Shown here: in pieces, positions 38,348 to 47,421 of the stretch
Layout: each line of letters starts with the position of its first letter
Position numbering within the stretch: the stretch's first letter is position 1
DNA from: a virus
DNA length: 64,000 bases
IMG/VR virus record: IMGVR_UViG_3300027741_000024
Coordinates: 82,311 to 146,310 of that record
Reading direction: 5' to 3' (one strand)
Notes under the pieces: generated by a model
What the model was told of the DNA's origin: nothing
Database searches by the model: none
The model's input: only the letters and a program-made list of their open reading frames with translations
Program-made: the position numbers and the translations under genes

Positions 38348-38538
38348 TGAGTTTGAGAAAATGGGATGAGATGTCCCTTTTGGAGCAGTATGCCTGCATC
38401 TATTCAGACAGGTTCAAAGATGCCTATGGTTTTCGTCCACGTGGCAATGAAACACAGGATTGGAATGAGATACAGTACCTTGCCGAGTTTGCAAGATTGA
38501 ATGAAATAGTTGCCAGACAGATTGCAGAGGAGTATTAA
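38347..38538 (+). CDS. hypothetical early protein
   Basis: YSDRFKDAYGFRPR motif; GGAGG SD. Confidence 0.7.
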   Translation: MSLRKWDEMSLLEQYACIYSDRFKDAYGFRPRGNETQDWNEIQYLAEFARLNEIVARQIAEEY

Positions 38539-38792
38539 TGTCAAGATTGAAACTTTTTGTTGTTGCTGGTAACTATAAAGAGTTCCAAGACTTTGTTATC
38601 AAAAAGAGAATGAAAGGTTTTAGTTATGATTTTATATACATTTCTGGTGCCGAGATGCTACGTGGATTGAGTACCATACGGGGGTTCTATATCGGTACGT
38701 ACAGGAACCGTCCAGACTGGCCAGAGATACGGGATGCTATAGCCATTATCAAAGTGAAAGAAAACCACGTGGAAGAGTCTCTGGATGATTAA
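38538..38792 (+). CDS. hypothetical early protein
   Basis: GAGGAG SD; coupled start. Confidence 0.65.
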   Translation: MSRLKLFVVAGNYKEFQDFVIKKRMKGFSYDFIYISGAEMLRGLSTIRGFYIGTYRNRPDWPEIRDAIAIIKVKENHVEESLDD

Positions 38793-38806
38793 TAATTTGA
38801 CAATGG

Positions 38807-38835
38807 TTGACAAACCGAACGGGTTAGATTACAAT
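38807..38835 (+). promoter_or_regulatory. sigma70-type early promoter
   Basis: TTGACA-17-TACAAT. Confidence 0.7.
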
Positions 38836-38868
38836 CCTTATTGTGATGATTTTATTGGAGATGTTGAA

Positions 38869-39054
38869 ATGATAACTGTTAGCGAAGATGAAATTAATGC
38901 ATTGGCTGCCGATTTGGCGGCCATGAGTATTGAAGATGAAATTGATGATGAATATGAAGCTTTGATGGATGCATTATATGCCGAGCATGAGGCAAGAATG
39001 CACGCCGCCAATAGTTATGATAATGATGCAATCGCCTACGGAGAGATGATATGA
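38869..39054 (+). CDS. acidic hypothetical early protein
   Basis: GGAG SD; start reassigned downstream of the promoter. Confidence 0.6.
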   Translation: MITVSEDEINALAADLAAMSIEDEIDDEYEALMDALYAEHEARMHAANSYDNDAIAYGEMI

Positions 39055-39371
39055 ATGTAAGCAATGAATTGGCTACGGCCTTGATCGGTTTGAAAGATGT
39101 AATCGTGGCAGACTATGCCAAGTTCCTTAGTGATTTAAATTGCTTGGAAAAAGATAAGTTCGGAATTGAGTTTGAGGCAGGTAGCAAGTATGTAAAGGTT
39201 GTCAGTATTTCTGCTGGTGGTAGCCGCTCGGTACACTGCTTTGTTGAGAAAGCAAACGGTAATATATTGAGAGCCGCAAGTTGGAAATCACCAGCACGTA
39301 ATTTTATACGTGGTAATGTGTTTGACCAATCATCCTACATTAACCGTGTTCGTTGGACTGGTGTATCATGA
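39051..39371 (+). CDS. conserved phage hypothetical protein
   Basis: GSKYVKV...SVHCFV...GNILRAASWKSPA...RGN. Confidence 0.75.
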   Translation: MNVSNELATALIGLKDVIVADYAKFLSDLNCLEKDKFGIEFEAGSKYVKVVSISAGGSRSVHCFVEKANGNILRAASWKSPARNFIRGNVFDQSSYINRVRWTGVS

Positions 39372-39582
39372 AGTTGTGTAAAGATTGTGCCTTTTTTAGT
39401 GCAGAAAATGAGGAGTGTAATAACTCCTTATCCATACAAAGTCATGACCTTTTATATGGCAATCATTCGAAAAAGAGTGCTAAAGCCATGCGTGAAGATA
39501 TTGACCGATGTGGTTTCAGTGGTAAACTATTTGCAGAAAAAATTATATTGAAAAACCAATCCAATTTTGTTGAAGGATTAGT

Positions 39583-39720
39583 ATGAAAATCGTATTAACA
39601 ATAATGCTCCTATCATTGGCAGCATGTAATACCGCATCTGGTGTATTGTCAGGTGCAGGTAAAGACCTACAAGCCGCAGGTTCATGGATGAGTCCAAAAG
39701 AATCGGTGCCCTTGAAATAA
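39583..39720 (+). CDS. entericidin A/B-like lipoprotein (not in ORF track)
   Basis: MKIVLTIMLLSLAACNTASGVLSGAGKDLQAAG: lipobox plus CNT..G.GKD.Q.AG. Confidence 0.7.
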   Translation: MKIVLTIMLLSLAACNTASGVLSGAGKDLQAAGSWMSPKESVPLK

Positions 39721-39730
39721 ATAAGGCACT

Positions 39731-39934
39731 ATGACCGATGATGCTGACGACCTCAAGAAAAAACTAGAAAAACACAAACCCAAGAAAAAACTGGATATTG
39801 CAGCCGGTTTACTTGAAGGTGCCAAATCCTATGAGGGTAAGTTGGAAGCGGTCAAAATTATTGCAGAGCGTGAAAAAGATCGTACCTTGTTATTGATTAA
39901 AGGATTGATCAATAGTGAAGAAAAGAAAAAATGA
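39731..39934 (+). CDS. hypothetical protein
   Basis: 67-aa ORF. Confidence 0.6.
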   Translation: MTDDADDLKKKLEKHKPKKKLDIAAGLLEGAKSYEGKLEAVKIIAEREKDRTLLLIKGLINSEEKKK

Positions 39935-40179
39935 AAGACCTGCTAAACCTATTGCCTAAGTTATTAGAGATGATGCCAGGGGTTGTGAAATTCCTGAAGT
40001 ATATTCCTATTTTGATGGTATTGGCAGGCATAGGTTACGGTGTATTCTATTGGTCACAAAATTACAAAGATCCATTTAAATGCGTTAATAATGAGATATA
40101 TCAGCAAGTCCGTGTAGATTCTAATGTGTATCAATTTGTGGGTGGTTATTGTGTTGAGGGTGTTGATGAGCGAAAATAA
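39931..40179 (+). CDS. single-TM hypothetical protein
   Basis: Hydrophobic segment, two Cys; coupled start. Confidence 0.6.
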   Translation: MKDLLNLLPKLLEMMPGVVKFLKYIPILMVLAGIGYGVFYWSQNYKDPFKCVNNEIYQQVRVDSNVYQFVGGYCVEGVDERK

Positions 40180-40483
40180 AATAATGATTATATTATGGTC
40201 TGGATTGATTTGCCTTGTTCCTATACTGGTGTTTGGTCTATATCATGAGCGAACTGAGCATGCCAAACAATGTACCGAGGCCAATGGTACACTTATCTCC
40301 ACCAAAACCGATTATATTTGCATCAAAACAAAGGCAATAATTCCTCTCAAATGACATGGTTTTTAGTTGTCATTTTTCAAATAACCCTCACCCTTCTAGG
40401 TATTGTCATTACTGCAATGTCCTACGAACTACCTTTTGTCATTCCGACAACGTTGCCTCCTAACAACACTCCTTCCATACCTC

Positions 40484-40512
40484 TTGACAATCTGCCCGAA
40501 ATCAGCGATAAT
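40484..40512 (+). promoter_or_regulatory. sigma70-type early promoter
   Basis: TTGACA-17-GATAAT. Confidence 0.7.
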
Positions 40513-40546
40513 AGACCTATTGATGATGAAGATTGGGAGTAATTAA

Positions 40547-40765
40547 ATGAGAGAAAAAGTCCGAGTTATTGTGAATGGTGTATCGTTCTATACAACCAAG
40601 GCACAAATCAAGCGTGGCGTTGGTGACAATGCATCCATTAACTATTTTGTCCAGTTGGCACTAGAAGAGTGCATCCGTGACGGTATCAAAGGTCTAGGTC
40701 GTACTTATCGCCAGTATGATGCGAAGATGAAGTTCACACCGCTTAACCTGCAAATTAACCTATAA
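40547..40765 (+). CDS. hypothetical early protein
   Basis: GGGAG SD. Confidence 0.65.
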   Translation: MREKVRVIVNGVSFYTTKAQIKRGVGDNASINYFVQLALEECIRDGIKGLGRTYRQYDAKMKFTPLNLQINL

Positions 40766-40779
40766 TTCTGGAGTTTATT

Positions 40780-41157
40780 ATGGCATACGTATCCCAAGAG
40801 TTGAAAGCGAAAATCGCACCGAAGGTCAAGGCGATTCTGAAAAAATACAAAGTCAAAGGTTCACTAGCCGTTAATCACCACTCCACATTGGTGCTGAATA
40901 TCAAAGAAGGTGCCTTGGACATGTATCAGGATTTTGCTAAGTCCGAAGATGCCGAGAAATTCGGTATTCAAGTGAACCCATACTGGTACAAAGAGCACTT
41001 TTCTGGCAAGACCAAGGCATTCTTAAGCGAAGTGATTCCTGCTATGAATGACGGCAATTGGGACAAGTCAGATATCCAATCCGACTATTTCAACGTGGGT
41101 TGGTATATCTCCGTGAATATTGGTAAGTGGAACAAACCGTACCAGTTGTCAAAATAA
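40780..41157 (+). CDS. conserved phage hypothetical early protein
   Basis: MAYVSQE.K...DIQSDYFNVGWYISVNIGKWNKPY. Confidence 0.8.
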   Translation: MAYVSQELKAKIAPKVKAILKKYKVKGSLAVNHHSTLVLNIKEGALDMYQDFAKSEDAEKFGIQVNPYWYKEHFSGKTKAFLSEVIPAMNDGNWDKSDIQSDYFNVGWYISVNIGKWNKPYQLSK

Positions 41158-41162
41158 CATGG

Positions 41163-41191
41163 TTGACAAAGTACCGACAATCGGTTATAAT
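41163..41191 (+). promoter_or_regulatory. sigma70 consensus promoter
   Basis: TTGACA-17-TATAAT. Confidence 0.8.
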
Positions 41192-42139
41192 AGAGTCTGA
41201 ATTGATTAATACGGAGAAGCAAATGATCCAATATATTACTGATGGCCGCAACGGCAAAAATGAACGTGTAGTCCTCTGGCGCACCGGCGAGTACACCTAT
41301 GAGTTGGAAATTGCCGGTAAGAACCTGAAATTCTATGAGACCGAGTTTGGTGATGCCATAGGGTACTTTGATGCCGCTGTAGCCAACTACCAAGATTTGG
41401 AGGCAGTATAATATGACCAAAGTATTCATTGTGGTAGAGCGGAAAACATATGATGCCTACCGAGGAAGTGATACTATAATGCGTGTATTTGCCAATTACA
41501 AAGATGCCGTGGCCTATGCTGATGAATTGACCGCACAACAAAATGGATTTGATTATGACGTACTTGAGCGTGAGGTATATTAATGGAAACCTATAATTTT
41601 TGGTATGAAACAAAGGGCGGTTACACCTTTGAAGAAAAACGATTAACCAAGAGGCAGGCAGTGATCCGTTACAATAGACTGGAAAAGAACTACAATCCCA
41701 ATATCAAATCCTTTGGATGGGGTGTAGAACAAAAACCAATAGACCTGAATAAACTGATGGAAGATTATGCCCAAGTTTAACACAAAAACCTATACAGAAT
41801 CCATTGAGTTCATAGGTAAGATGGCAACCATACCTAATGCCAATGTGGACTCTGAGATAGCGACCATTGCCTTTATATTCAACCAAGACCTGTTTAAGGT
41901 AGGCAAGGACGTGATACGATTCGCACGAAAATGGCAGAGACTATTGGATAAAGATTACATAGCCAATGAAGGATAACCACCAATTTGTGTAGAATCGTGC
42001 AATAATCCCATAGGACGTATACTGCTGAGTCACAAAATATACTCTGCAATCGCACTAGTCTGGATGGTGTGAAAAAGTGGGATAAAGTGTAAATTAGTGT
42101 CACCGCATAATCCCATGTTGTCAACTGAACAACGCCGCA

Positions 42140-42163
42140 CATACCCGCATACCCGCATACCCG
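42140..42163. repeat. 3x tandem 8-mer CATACCCG in a non-coding gap
   Basis: catacccg catacccg catacccg. Confidence 0.85.
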
Positions 42164-42205
42164 CACTGCATCACCGTTGCGTCCTTACAACACTCCACAA
42201 ACTGG

Positions 42206-42234
42206 TTGACAATCTTTGCCTAATCCACTATAAT
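42206..42234 (+). promoter_or_regulatory. sigma70 consensus promoter
   Basis: TTGACA-17-TATAAT. Confidence 0.8.
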
Positions 42235-42264
42235 GAAGTCTGATTGATTGAAAGAGGTAAGAAA

Positions 42265-42336
42265 ATGTTAGTTCTAGAGTGTATTGCGTTTTTAGTAACA
42301 GTGGCGATTTTGATAACCCCTGCGACCGGAGAGTAA
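42265..42336 (+). CDS. 23-aa hydrophobic micropeptide
   Basis: GAGGT SD; MLVLECIAFLVTVAILITPATGE. Confidence 0.5.
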   Translation: MLVLECIAFLVTVAILITPATGE

Positions 42337-42337
42337 A

Positions 42338-42418
42338 ATGGAAACGATTGAGATTATTTTCGTTATTGCAACTATTTTTGGTGGTGCCTACATTGTCTGG
42401 GACGCTCTGTATGTTTAA
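42338..42418 (+). CDS. 26-aa hydrophobic micropeptide
   Basis: GGAG SD; METIEIIFVIATIFGGAYIVWDALYV. Confidence 0.55.
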   Translation: METIEIIFVIATIFGGAYIVWDALYV

Positions 42419-42519
42419 TGTTCTTTTTGCAAGTGGTCGGATCATGGAGTTCGGTACCGTTGACATTGCGACAATATACGCTACTGCCTATAACGGAACA
42501 CTATTACCGACTATGGGGC

Positions 42520-42548
42520 TTGACAATGCCGTGGATAACGACTATAAT
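42520..42548 (+). promoter_or_regulatory. sigma70 consensus promoter
   Basis: TTGACA-17-TATAAT. Confidence 0.8.
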
Positions 42549-42738
42549 GCTTGTGTGGTGAATGATATGGAGAAAATATGATTACCAGAAAAGAAACACT
42601 GAATGAGATAGCCACTCTAAAGGCCAAGTTTAATCCTGGTGTGTACGCTAATTGGGACTTGATTGTAATTGATTCGATTGCCAAGACACTGAACCTTGCT
42701 GCTGCTGATGTGGCTGCTGCTATTAAGGCGTTTAAATT

Positions 42739-42945
42739 ATGAATGATTGGATATTAGAAGGTCAGAGAGTCAGAGCCGAGTACCATGGCTTATTCCCAGT
42801 AGAGGGTACAGTGACAGAATCCAGAGTAACGTATGGTGGCGCAGTGAAGCACACCGTTGTATTACCAGAGCCTGTGATGATCTATGGTGCACTCCGTGAT
42901 ACCCTTTTGTTTTATGCTGAGGATGTGGAGGTAGTAAATGGCTAA
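42739..42945 (+). CDS. hypothetical early protein (SH3-like beta pattern)
   Basis: W.LEGQRV...Y.G...V.G.V.ESRV.YGG.VKHTV.L. Confidence 0.7.
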   Translation: MNDWILEGQRVRAEYHGLFPVEGTVTESRVTYGGAVKHTVVLPEPVMIYGALRDTLLFYAEDVEVVNG

Positions 42946-43580
42946 AGCCAAGTTTACACAAGAGCAATTGAATGCAGCTGTTGCTGAGTTCTTTGCTGAT
43001 GAAAATTTGAGTATTGAATGGGGTTTGCGGCCCGCTGTGGGACTGCATGGAGCAATAACTGTTTACAATAAGGTAGAACAAAATGGCACGGATGAAAGAC
43101 CAAGTAATTGAGATATTAGAGCTCTGGATGGAGGGTTACACCTTCGCCAGAATTGCAGGAGCTACAGGCCTTACACCTGAAGTGGTTCAGTATGTCATTG
43201 AGCAATACGGTGAGGACGTGATAGCATAGTGTAGCAATGCTGTGATGGCTGTGGTCAAAACAGCATTGCCACTATAAAAAGGAGTCCTCTAGAAGTATAC
43301 TGCTTTATCCAAAGAGAACTCTTACGCACGACTTAGCACGTTTCAAAATTTTTTTCCTGGCCAAAAACGCTGTCCAGAATTTTTTTCGGAGGAAATCCAA
43401 TGATAAAGTTCATTCTAAGTAAAAATGAGATAGCACTGCTCTATGATGCGTTAGAGGCCTATAAGATGCCGGATGATAAGGATAATCACTGTCAGATGGA
43501 TTTCAATAGCAAACTTGATATGTTGATGGATTTTACCACATCATTCGAATTGGCACTGTATCCCGAAGAGTACGCATAAT

Positions 43581-43868
43581 ATGACAACTTTCACACAACC
43601 ACTGCACCGTGCTGAGCCATTCTCTGTGGATCAGACTGCACCGGATCCAGAATATACACTGTGCATTTCAAAGCCTCTGACCTACGACCAGTTGGGTGAT
43701 ATGTACCAGAAGGCCACTGGGAATTCTGCACGGTCAAAGTCACTGGATTTTGTTCGTGAATGGGCAGAAAAACATGACCAATGGTTCTATGTCTGCCCTA
43801 TAGATACAACCATTCACAAGAAAGGGTATGCTAAACCCTTACCTACTGGTGGTACTGGATCTGCTTGA
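43581..43868 (+). CDS. hypothetical protein
   Basis: 95-aa ORF. Confidence 0.55.
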   Translation: MTTFTQPLHRAEPFSVDQTAPDPEYTLCISKPLTYDQLGDMYQKATGNSARSKSLDFVREWAEKHDQWFYVCPIDTTIHKKGYAKPLPTGGTGSA

Positions 43869-44147
43869 CAAACTACTGAGAATATACTATGATTGATTAT
43901 TATACACTGAGGCGTATAGCACGGTTCAAATCATCCGGGAATGAATGGAAGATAGAAAGACTGGCTGAGATTGCTGCTGATCGTGTGAAGTCTCGGGAAA
44001 ATGGTACCTACGACACTCGCAAATTTAATATTGTGTTTGCGGCGATGATTATAGATATCTGTATTGATCTTGTGGAAGATGGAGTGGAATATCGTGAACC
44101 GGCATCCCACTATGGAAATAAAATTCGTGAACACTTTGAAATGAAAA

Positions 44148-44444
44148 TTGAAGATGAGTGATTATAAACCGCAGAATTCGCTGTTGTGTAAACTAGGTAC
44201 CGATGCAGGTCTGCTGAATTATATTGAGCATGAAACGCCTCGGGAATATTTTATGTCATCATGGGCAACCGAAGAGGATGTCTTTACATTCGCTGAGACA
44301 ATTATTCGTATCTGCGCTGATATCGCTCTGAAAGAGAATCATGATCCGTATGAGTGTATACTGAAACATTTTGATTTGGGTCCGACTGAGACTGTTGATG
44401 AAACTCTACGGAGGCGGTCTACTTACTATGGAAGCAATCCATGA
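44148..44444 (+). CDS. hypothetical protein
   Basis: FAETIIRICA motif, similar to neighbouring small ORFs (43889, 44931). Confidence 0.6.
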   Translation: MKMSDYKPQNSLLCKLGTDAGLLNYIEHETPREYFMSSWATEEDVFTFAETIIRICADIALKENHDPYECILKHFDLGPTETVDETLRRRSTYYGSNP

Positions 44445-44824
44445 AACCAGAACTACAAAAAAAATTAATTGAAAAATATCCCAAACTCTACAACCAAGAA
44501 TACTTTTGGGGTTTTGAGTGTGGTGACGGATGGTATGATTTGATTGACCATCTCTCCAGTGCGATTGATACATACACGAATCCGATATCCGAGTTTAATG
44601 TTTTTAACGTTGGGGTATCTCAAGTCAAAGAGAAATTCGGTACGCTGCGATTCTATGCTGACAATACAGACAGAGTGATTGATGGTATGATTTGGCTCGC
44701 TGAACATATGTCGGCGCATACCTGCGAAACTTGTGGTAATCGTGGTGAAACACGGAATGGTTCGTGGTTGGTAACACTTTGCGATCTCCATCATGATATG
44801 AGATTGGAAAAGGAAGCAGAATGA
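44441..44824 (+). CDS. conserved phage protein (QVKEKFG family)
   Basis: ECGDGW...QVKEKFGTLRFY...TCETCG...TLC..H. Confidence 0.8.
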   Translation: MKPELQKKLIEKYPKLYNQEYFWGFECGDGWYDLIDHLSSAIDTYTNPISEFNVFNVGVSQVKEKFGTLRFYADNTDRVIDGMIWLAEHMSAHTCETCGNRGETRNGSWLVTLCDLHHDMRLEKEAE

Positions 44825-45935
44825 TAGTTCTAATATTGGTGCTGGTATTTCTATTTGCTGGTGAACCTGACCTATGGGACAATCTCCATGAATGGGCTAT
44901 GCACGTAACTATGGTAAATAAGGATTGTAAATGAATAATCGATGGAATGAAATAGCATACAAATGTTGGAATGAACGAAAATCCGGCAGACAGTTCGACC
45001 AAGAGATGTTTGCCAAGTTGATCATTGACAAATGCCTACAACAATGTTATAATCGTGGTATGAATGATGAATTGTATGAAGGTCAGTTGCAAGCAGCTGC
45101 ATATATTGAAGAATACTTTGGAATACAAAATGAAGCATAGGTACACGGATACACAAAATCGTACACTAATTGAGGGATAAAAAATGAACTTTGCATTAAT
45201 GATTTATACCGTGGTTGCTATGTCCGGTCAAAACGCATCATTGGTACAAGCACATGACTGGCGTCCTCTAACCACACACTATACATTAGAGAGTTGCTTA
45301 AATGCCGCAAAAATTATGGGTATTTCATCTGAACGTTTTCGTTGTGTTCCATCAAAATGATAATTCTCGTTAGTATATTAATTGGTATTATTCTATGGGC
45401 AATGTCTGATGTTGCATGGGAAGAAGGTCGTCCAAAAATGGCATGGACGTATTTGTTTTTATCAGCACTGAATGGTGCTTTGGTATTGAATGCAATATTA
45501 TAGGAGAACATATGATTAAAAATCTAATTAAATTTATGGATAATTTGATTCAGTATCGTCCATTTCTGGATGTGGCACTTCAGATGTTTTTTTGGCTACT
45601 GTTAGCAGCAGCAACATGGACTAAGAATTATGAGGACATGGCAATTGCAGCATGGTGGATTATTCTACTAGAATTGGTACAGGTGAACGATAATCTGAAA
45701 GCACTTAAAAAGGACAAAGATGAATCCTGGTTTAATGAATAAACTAGCACTTGCGGCAGGCGGTGCTAACTTTCCTGAGGTATTCAAACAAAATCAGGAA
45801 CAGTACACCAAAAAAGTGTTGCAAGAATGCTACAAATTATTTCAAAATTCGCAACATTTGTCAAATGACTATCTGGCCATGGATTTACTTTTTGATATCC
45901 AAATGCATTTTGATATTGATTTGACAACTAAGTAA

Positions 45936-45987
45936 GTGTTGCCAAAATACAACACTGGTTGACAAAGCAAGCGTAAACAACTATAAT
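45936..45987 (+). promoter_or_regulatory. sigma70 consensus promoter of the tRNA/ncRNA cluster with upstream palindrome
   Basis: GTGTTGCCAAAATACAACAC, 3 nt, TTGACA (45959)-17-TATAAT. Confidence 0.8.
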
Positions 45988-46182
45988 TAGTTCTGTTGAG
46001 TTGATGAAGAAAAAAACGGAAATAAACGATCCGTCTCTGAAAAGAGTTTAGCAAGGGTTTGGTGTGGTAATGACTTCGGCACCATGTAACAGTCAGTTCT
46101 TTGTTAGTTTTAGATCAGATGGTAGACAACTACCCAATGGTTGTAGGTGACGATGGGCTTTATAGGAACCTTCACTTTTTAT

Positions 46183-46257
46183 GCACCGTTCGTCTATCGG
46201 CTAGGACACCGCCCTTTCACGGCGGGAAGAGGAGTTCAATTCTTCTATCCCCTGCCA
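46183..46257 (+). pseudogene. chimeric/pseudo tRNA-Glu(UUC) with a non-pairing acceptor stem
   Basis: Intact D, anticodon (CTTTCAC) and T arms and CCA, but 5' GCACCGT cannot pair with 3' ATCCCCT. Confidence 0.7.
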
Positions 46258-46270
46258 ATTATGGTATCAC

Positions 46271-46358
46271 GGAGGATTGGCCGACCGGTTAAGGCAGCGG
46301 GTTGCTAACCCGTCATTCAGAAATGGGTGAGTAGGTTCAATTCCTACATCCTCCGCCA
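46271..46358 (+). tRNA. tRNA-Ser(GCU)
   Basis: GGAGGAT/ATCCTCC acceptor, TTGCTAA loop, long variable arm, G discriminator, CCA. Confidence 0.92.
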
Positions 46359-46364
46359 GAATAA

Positions 46365-46519
46365 CTTGAGTTGTGGCAAGTATAGTCCACAAACAGGAGT
46401 GTAACCTGATGAATACAGAACATAAGTATTCAACGTGATGAGCCTTGTTTGACCGGTGAGTTTAGGCAGGAAACACATAACGAAACGGCAAGCGTAAAAC
46501 GTGACCACAATCGCTTAGG
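46365..46519 (+). ncRNA. candidate structured non-coding RNA inside the tRNA cluster
   Basis: Several hairpins (CAGG/CCTG; TGAATAC/GTATTCA; GCCT/AGGC) and a possible closing stem TTGTGG/CCACAA; no convincing ORF. Confidence 0.35.
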
Positions 46520-46559
46520 TGGTTTTAAGTTTACAGTGTAGTAGTTTTAAGTTTACAGT

Positions 46560-46634
46560 CTCGGTGTGGTGTAATTGGTAGCACGTAAATCTCCAAAATT
46601 TGTAGTTGCGGTTCAAATCCGTACATCGAGGCCA
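46560..46634 (+). tRNA. tRNA-Trp(CCA)
   Basis: CTCGGTG/CATCGAG acceptor, CTCCAAA loop, G discriminator, CCA. Confidence 0.88.
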
Positions 46635-46669
46635 CTTGACAATTCAAAAATTCTATGCAATCATATATT

Positions 46670-46876
46670 ATGAATACAAAAATGTGGATTGACCCACCAG
46701 CGGGTTGGAAGTATGGCTTCCCAAAAGTGTATGATAAGTCGGTTGACGGCGATTGCACTGCATGGATGCTAAAAAACGGTTATCCGCAGAGAGAAATTGA
46801 CTCTTGCGGTAATCATTTTCATGTACGAATGTGGGATTATACCGATGAAAACGAAAAAACTGAAAAAACCTCGTAA
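46670..46876 (+). CDS. hypothetical protein
   Basis: IDPPAGWKYGFPK...WM..NGYP. Confidence 0.7.
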   Translation: MNTKMWIDPPAGWKYGFPKVYDKSVDGDCTAWMLKNGYPQREIDSCGNHFHVRMWDYTDENEKTEKTS

Positions 46877-46997
46877 TTTTGTTGCTAAAGACCTCTTTAC
46901 AGCAAAATATTCCATGAAAGTTGAAAAATCCGATGCGATTTTTTATAAACGTGCAGCAGAAAAACAGAAAATAGAGAAAATTTATGGGTTTTTTTAA
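46845..46997 (+). CDS. small basic protein, possibly ArfA-like
   Basis: MKTKKLKKPRNFVAKDLFTAKYSMKVEKSDAIFYKR... Confidence 0.5.
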   Translation: MKTKKLKKPRNFVAKDLFTAKYSMKVEKSDAIFYKRAAEKQKIEKIYGFF

Positions 46998-47418
46998 GAA
47001 AAAAGAAGTTCCTGAAGTAGAAATTGAAAATCCTCATGTCAGTGAAGAAAAATATGACGGTTTTTACTTTGTTCCTGACTATGAGGACTTTGAAGATAAC
47101 ATGAAACTAGCATTTTTCTCATTTAAAGATGAAATGAAAGATGCAAAACCGATAGAATCATCATCCGTAGGCGATAAATTTCATTTAGCGTTCTTTACGT
47201 CAGATGAAGATGGTGCTCCTACATTTCAAGATTCATTTGAAGCAATTTTAGCGGATCCAGTTGTGTATGTCAAGAATATGGTCGGCACTGGAATGTCAGG
47301 ATGTATATTACGTAAGACAGAAAAGTCGGATGAGTGGTGGACTGACTATTTGGATTATGTAACAGGCGGTGTTTTTAAAGAAAAAGTGAAAGCAGCATTT
47401 TCTAATCTAGCGGAGTAA
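46984..47418 (+). CDS. acidic hypothetical protein
   Basis: 144-aa ORF. Confidence 0.65.
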   Translation: MGFFKKKEVPEVEIENPHVSEEKYDGFYFVPDYEDFEDNMKLAFFSFKDEMKDAKPIESSSVGDKFHLAFFTSDEDGAPTFQDSFEAILADPVVYVKNMVGTGMSGCILRKTEKSDEWWTDYLDYVTGGVFKEKVKAAFSNLAE

Positions 47419-47421
47419 ATT

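Noticed and set aside
40270-40542. ORF-track 90-aa ORF
   Set aside because: It runs through an operator and promoter region, has no SD and overlaps an upstream gene; likely spurious.
42279-42581. ORF-track 100-aa ORF
   Set aside because: It spans a consensus promoter, and two SD-led micro-ORFs in other frames explain the region better.
43865-43893. Promoter TTGACA upstream of ORF 43889
   Set aside because: The correctly spaced -10 (TATGAT) overlaps the ORF's ATG, so promoter and start assignments conflict; neither was called.
46405-46500. Hammerhead ribozyme (CTGATGA ... GAAAC)
   Set aside because: The core pieces are not correctly juxtaposed: CTGATGA has no GAAA after its stem, and the GCCT/AGGC stem is preceded by GTGATGA and followed by extra AG.
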